Origin: Marsupella aquatica
Taxonomy: Eukaryota; Plantae; Marchantiophyta
NCBI GenBank assembly: GCA_973895155.1
Contig: OZ316893.1
Coordinates: 13,966,359-14,030,358 of the forward strand
Length of the DNA stretch: 64,000 bases
Direction: 5' to 3'
Shown in pieces: positions 58,806-64,000 of the stretch. The position numbers were made by a program, and so were the translations under genes. Under the pieces are notes generated by a model. That model ran no database searches, was not told the origin of the DNA, and was given only the letters and a program-made list of their open reading frames with translations. Positions within the stretch are counted from its first letter, which is position 1; every line of letters begins with the position of its first letter.

Positions 58806-61800
58806 ATGGCAAACCAAAGGGTTTTGAATGATATTACTAATTTGTCAACCACAGTTCGACAAGTCATTTCTTCTCCAAGGTATTAATGTAGATATTACTA
58901 ATTTCATTCCTATCCTCTTCTCTATATTATAAGCAAAATGCATATAATTCAATTTTGTTTGCTATTGAAAAATGGATCATATATATCTAATTTTGACTTT
59001 TTATTTTATTTTAGGCATGTTGATTCTACCCTTATCATAAATGAAAGGGAAACTATTAGTATCAATGAGCCAAGACGAGAAGAATGTCTTCCAAGACGAG
59101 AAGAATGTCTTCCGATTGCAAAAGTAGACCTCTCATATGAAGTTGAAGAGCCATATGAATTTGAGGGACCAGCACGAGCGTCATTGAGAGTTGGCGAGAC
59201 TGTTGACACTGTGAGAAAGGCAAATAAAGCCAAATATATGCGAGAATGGCGTGCACGGCAACGAGCCAAAAGATTAGACGCACAAGTAGAAGGAGAAGTT
59301 GTTGAGGTTACCATGCCAGACAAAGTAGCTAAACGGGCTAGACAACAAGAGGATCGACGCGCAATTGAAAAAGCAACAAGGAACATTCATGTTGTTGCAG
59401 AGGACTCAGAAATGCTTCATATCAGGTATTAATTTTTGTTTTACAAATTTTAAGAATTGTGTTTGTATCCAGGCTACATTTCTATCGAGATTTATTTCAA
59501 TCTTAATTATATTTTTTATAGGGAACTACCACCTATTGTTGGAGATGCACAATTACCTCCACAACTTTTGGAATCAAATTTAGCATTGGTGCCCAAGTAA
59601 GTTTTACTTTCTAAAAGATCTTGATACTGTTTTTTGCAAACAATTCTAAAAAAAGCCTTATATTTGATTTTTATGCTCAAATACTCAAGTCACTAGGAAT
59701 TTATTGTTTTTTCCATGGAAGATTACAACTTATTGTGATATAATTTCATTGAGTTACATGTTTGTTACTACACAGGGACCCAGTTGTTGTTGACAATGTT
59801 CGAGAACCTCCACAACTTCCTTCTTCAAATCAATGTTTAACATCGATTGTAAATGGTCCATCTCCAACGTAAGTTCCAAGATATTATCATTTTGGGGGAT
59901 TTCATAGTGCAACCATTTTTGAAATATGACTGTGAATGATTGATATTTATTACAGGTTACCCATGCCTCTCATTCGAAGAAGCCTTCGAGATGAACAAAT
60001 GCTCGCTAGAGCCGAGGGGCAAAGAAACAGACATGCAAGGATAATTAATGAGCCTGAATTTGGGCCTCTTATGACACGACATGGGTCTACCTCTAGGTAT
60101 GAAGCAAAATTATTTTCTTCTCATAAACCATGAATAAAATTTAATTCTACTTTGAAATGTAAATAATATTTTATGTTGTTTATTGTTCTCCACTAGGGAA
60201 CCGTCTCACAATGAAGATGATATAGTGCCTCCACAAATTACGATCAACCCACCACGCCATCGCACAAGTCGTGTTCCACATCTGCCAACTATGTATGTTG
60301 AGAACTCTTGAATTTTACAGTTCAAACTTCTACTTTGTTAAAGTTTATTGTTGGACTGTTTATTGGATCTAATAGTTTATTATTTAGAGGATTTGACAGG
60401 ATTTTGAGTGATTGGTTATTTAAAAGAAACGGGAGATAACATTGGGCTTATCATTGGTTTTGATTGGTTTTTCAGCAACCTAGCACGTCGCCGCATATTT
60501 GATGAGTATCATGTGTTTCACTTGAAACTACGAGGTCAAACAAATCAAGAGAGTGGTTGTGACACCTGAATTTTTCGCAAAATCAATGGAAGATGGAAAT
60601 AAGATGCAAAGTTCACGAATTAATTGCATTTTGGTACCCAAATGCTCAACTTTACCTTGCTGACAATACTTATGAAGGACGCTTCTGAGAGGTGTCCCAT
60701 GGAGACCAAACTTATGAAGGACGATACTCGGCGGAAGTTCGAAGACAGATTTTTGTTACCCATTTACCCTAGTTATTTAGTGATCTTTTTCTACCTTAGT
60801 TTAGTACTCAATTTTTATTACTTTTTTTCTAAGTTTTGAAAAGGCATGACTTTTCATTTCCCCTTTTTATGCTCCACTTAGACCTATAAGATTATTGTTT
60901 TCCTTTTTGTTTTTCAGTGAAGCTTGTATTCAGTATTGCAAACTTTTGCAAGTTTCCCTCCTTCCTTTGTAATCATTGCTTTCGAGAATGATTTATGAAT
61001 GAAGTAAAACACTTCCTTTGTGATGTAATAAATTTATTTCAGACGATTCCAGTTGGTGCCTGAGTGTTTCATTACAAATTTCCAAGATCATATGAATTCA
61101 AATTAGGATTAATTGCTTGTGGGTCAAGAATCGCTAAGGATTCAATGATAAATGTGGATAAAAAGGAGCAAGATTCTGATTTCAGAATAGTTAGTACCGT
61201 TACCCTTACTTTGGCATACCCACTAGTGATAGATCGGAGTTGCGTATCGCCGAAGTTCTATCCATGTTGACGGCATTTTAGTGAGTATCATTGTATCGGT
61301 CACAAAAAAGCTACTTTGGTGTTGGTGAGCATTTATCCTTTCTGTTTATATTTTCATGGTGATGGAGAAGAGCAATTGAGGCGAGATTTGTTGCAATCTT
61401 GTTAACACAATAAGACCAGAATCCTTTTTGAAGGAGTGGCAGTGGAGATTCAATCCATTGGACCTTGGTTCTAAAAGCTTTTCCATAATCCATGACTTGG
61501 GAATTAATCTTTTCTGTTCATTTTGTTAGTTTATCCATTTGTTTCTCTTTTGTTTGAAGATTTGGTTGAGTGATACTCTTAAGTCTTCAAAACAGTTACA
61601 ATCATTCAATCCATTCCTATTTTGTTCTTAAAGGGATCGAAACCTTGGTCTTTAAGTGAAAAGTGTCACTTTTGATTCTTTCGGCTATACCACAATGGTC
61701 ACCATTACCTTGGACGCATGAATGTGGTGTGCCCATCATGTAAAACCTTGCACTGGACAGCAGAGAAGGTGAGTTCTACAAATTTTAAGGACTCTCCATT

Positions 61801-64000
61801 TGGCAAGTGTTGTAGTCATGGTAGGGTGGATTTACCACCATTGCGATCTCTTCCTCCATTATTGGCAACATTGGTCTCAAGTGAGGGACCAACAAGTAAG
61901 AAGTTTTTGAGTCATATTCGAGCTTATAACTCAGCACTTCAGCTTGCATCCACCGGTGCTAACATGTCCGGAGAAGTACATGGCGGCATAAAACATCTTT
62001 GCATTCAAGGTGGGATCTATCATTCTATTGGCCCTCTTTATCCTGAGGTAGGACAACCCCCAAATTTGCTCAACTTTACATTTATGACACTGAGCACGAG
62101 ATAGAAAATAGAGGCAGGGTAATTACTGATGGTATTGAGATTGAGACCTTGAGAGGATTACAAAATCTTATGCATGAGCATAATGCATATGTGCGATCTT
62201 TTCAAGCTATAGCATGTGAAGTTGGTAGTCAAAATGTGCGCATAGTATTGAAAGCTAGCGAAAGAGGTCTTGATGCTAGACGTTATAACTTGCCAATAGC
62301 ATCGGAGGTCGTAGCCATTATTCTTGGAGATGGAAGTGAGGAGGTTGGTCCACGTGATATCATTGTATACTTGCATGGAGGAGGGGTACGTCGTATATCT
62401 GATCTCAATCAGGCATATATTCCTTTGCATTTTGTTTTGCTATTTCCATATGGTGAGGCAGGATGGCATATAGGCATTCGAAAACGGAATTCTTCTATAT
62501 TAGAAGAGACTATTGCTATGGAAAGTGAAGAGGGTGTGGTGGAGAATATTATTCACGAGAGGGTCTATGACAATGTCATGGATAATGATGCACATGCAGA
62601 TACAAGGACAAAAAATGTTACCCCTTTGGAGTTTGCCTCATTTAGGCTTCATACACGACAAGATAATCCTATAGAGTGCATGGATGGTAGTAGGCTGACA
62701 CGTTTTGATAGGCTTTACCAGGAGTACATGATGGATGTTTATGTCACTATTGAGAGCCAGAGGTTGACCTATATACGTACCCATCAACCTCAGTTAAGAG
62801 CGCATCTATATCAGGGGGTTCAAGATGCCATGACAAGACATGATCATGCAGCAGACATTGGAAGACGCATCATATTACCTTCGAGCTTTATAGGAGGTCC
62901 ACGTCATATGCACCAATTATTTTAGGATGCCATGGCTATTGTTAGGCATTTTGGCAAGCCTGATTAATTTTTGACAATGACATGCAATCCTACATGGAAG
63001 GAGATCATGGATGAGCTGGTATGTAGCAACCAAAAAGCAGCTAATCGTTCTTACTTGATTGCTTGGGTGTTTGAACAAAAGAAGAAGACATTATTAGATC
63101 TGCTAAAAAATCAAAAGATTTTGGGTAATTGTGTGGCAAAGATACATACTATAGAATTTCAAAAAATAGGTTTGCCACACATTCATCTTTTGATGTGCAT
63201 GAGTTATGAGGACAAACCACAAAATGCTACCCAAATTGATGATGTTATTCCGGCGGAGATACCAGATCCTATTTTGCATCCAAGTCTTTATCAAACTGTG
63301 GTTACCTGCATGATGCATGGACCATCTGGTGCCCAAATGAGAAATGCTCCATGCATGAAAAATGGAGTGTGCTCAAAAGGTTTTCCAAAACCTTTTGCCT
63401 CCCACACCACATTCAACGAGGATGGATACCCGACATATCACAGGTGCGTTGATTTCAATTACTTATATACCATGCTTTCATGTACTTATATTATATTTAT
63501 ATGTGTATATAATTATATTTACCTTTGATATTTTTCTTGCTTTAAACACTGCAGACGAGAGGATGGTCGTACGGTGAAGAAGAAAAACTATTTCTTGGAC
63601 AATCGTTGGGTGGTGCCGTACAATAAATTACTATGCACACTTTTTGATTGTCACATAAATCTTGAAGTTACAAGTGGCATTGCTGCTGTGAAGTATATTT
63701 ATAAATATGTGTACAAGGGACCCGACGCAATTTTGGTCCGATTGTCATGAGCTAGTGGCACAATTGAGACGGGGGCACCAGTAGATGAGGTCTCAGAATA
63801 TCGAGATGCACGGTATTTATTTCATTTCATATTTCTATTCTATTTTTTACTAATTCATTAATCAATTTCAAGTTTTGCAATAATGTGAATTTCAAGTTTT
63901 GCAATAATGTGAATTGACTTAAGAGTTTTTGTACAACTGTTATTTGATTCTATTTGAAGATTTTGCAAATCATACTAATATTTCTGTTTGTAGATACATC
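58806..64000 (+). pseudogene. Helitron RepHel gene; exons 58806-58879, 59015-59425, 59522-59596, 59776-59868, 59956-60096, 60197-60292, 60476-63443 (interrupted 60514-61694), 63555-63812, 63994->
   Basis: HYLGRMNVVCPSC...LHW...CCSHG, IRAYNSAL, AQLYIYD, ILPSSFIGGPRHM, FLTMTCNPTW, HUH motif EFQKIGLPHIH, NRWVVPYN...HINLE, KYIYKYVYKG. Frameshift near 62060 and stops at 62923, 62965 and 63748. All introns GT-AG, placed by eye. Confidence 0.9.
60514..61694. mobile_element. 1.18-kb TG...CA insertion in the RepHel coding exon, probably a solo LTR
   Basis: Removing it rejoins RRRIFDEYH to GHHYLGRMNVVC in frame; flanked by ATG on both sides; non-coding and AT-rich. Confidence 0.6.

Larger units (their letters stand above)
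55207..64000 (+). mobile_element. Large Helitron (autonomous type, inactivated), continuing past the window edge
   Basis: Candidate 5' end A|TCTACTCACTTTAATAT, similar to the 5' end at 17356; RepHel gene downstream. The 5' boundary is less certain than the Rep identification. Confidence 0.75.

Overview
Eukaryotic nuclear DNA from a land plant; a non-seed lineage such as a bryophyte is likely, but that is inference from the gene and TE content. Two intact host genes: an intronless GT92/GALS-like glycosyltransferase (4059-5807, -) and a three-exon CYP71-clan cytochrome P450 (52152-54605, +). The rest is a layered transposon landscape in which many boundaries can be read to the base. It contains a non-autonomous Helitron (17356-19665), two MULE-like elements with 10-bp TSDs, a full-length decayed L1 with a 13-bp TSD (22554-29155), two related MITEs, one CACTA end and a Bianca-like copia relic. 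A CRE-clade (RLE-type) non-LTR retrotransposon is split by a very young Ty1/copia element (40798-47328, TSD CTCCC), and a large Helitron runs off the right edge. The most notable observations are three: (1) gag and pol of the young copia are in frame and separated by a single TGA exactly at the Gag/protease junction; (2) all eight introns I can place in the Helitron RepHel gene are phase 2; (3) a CRE-clade retrotransposon is present in a plant genome. I found no rRNA, tRNA or CRISPR array. All calls come from reading the sequence by eye; no database search was run.
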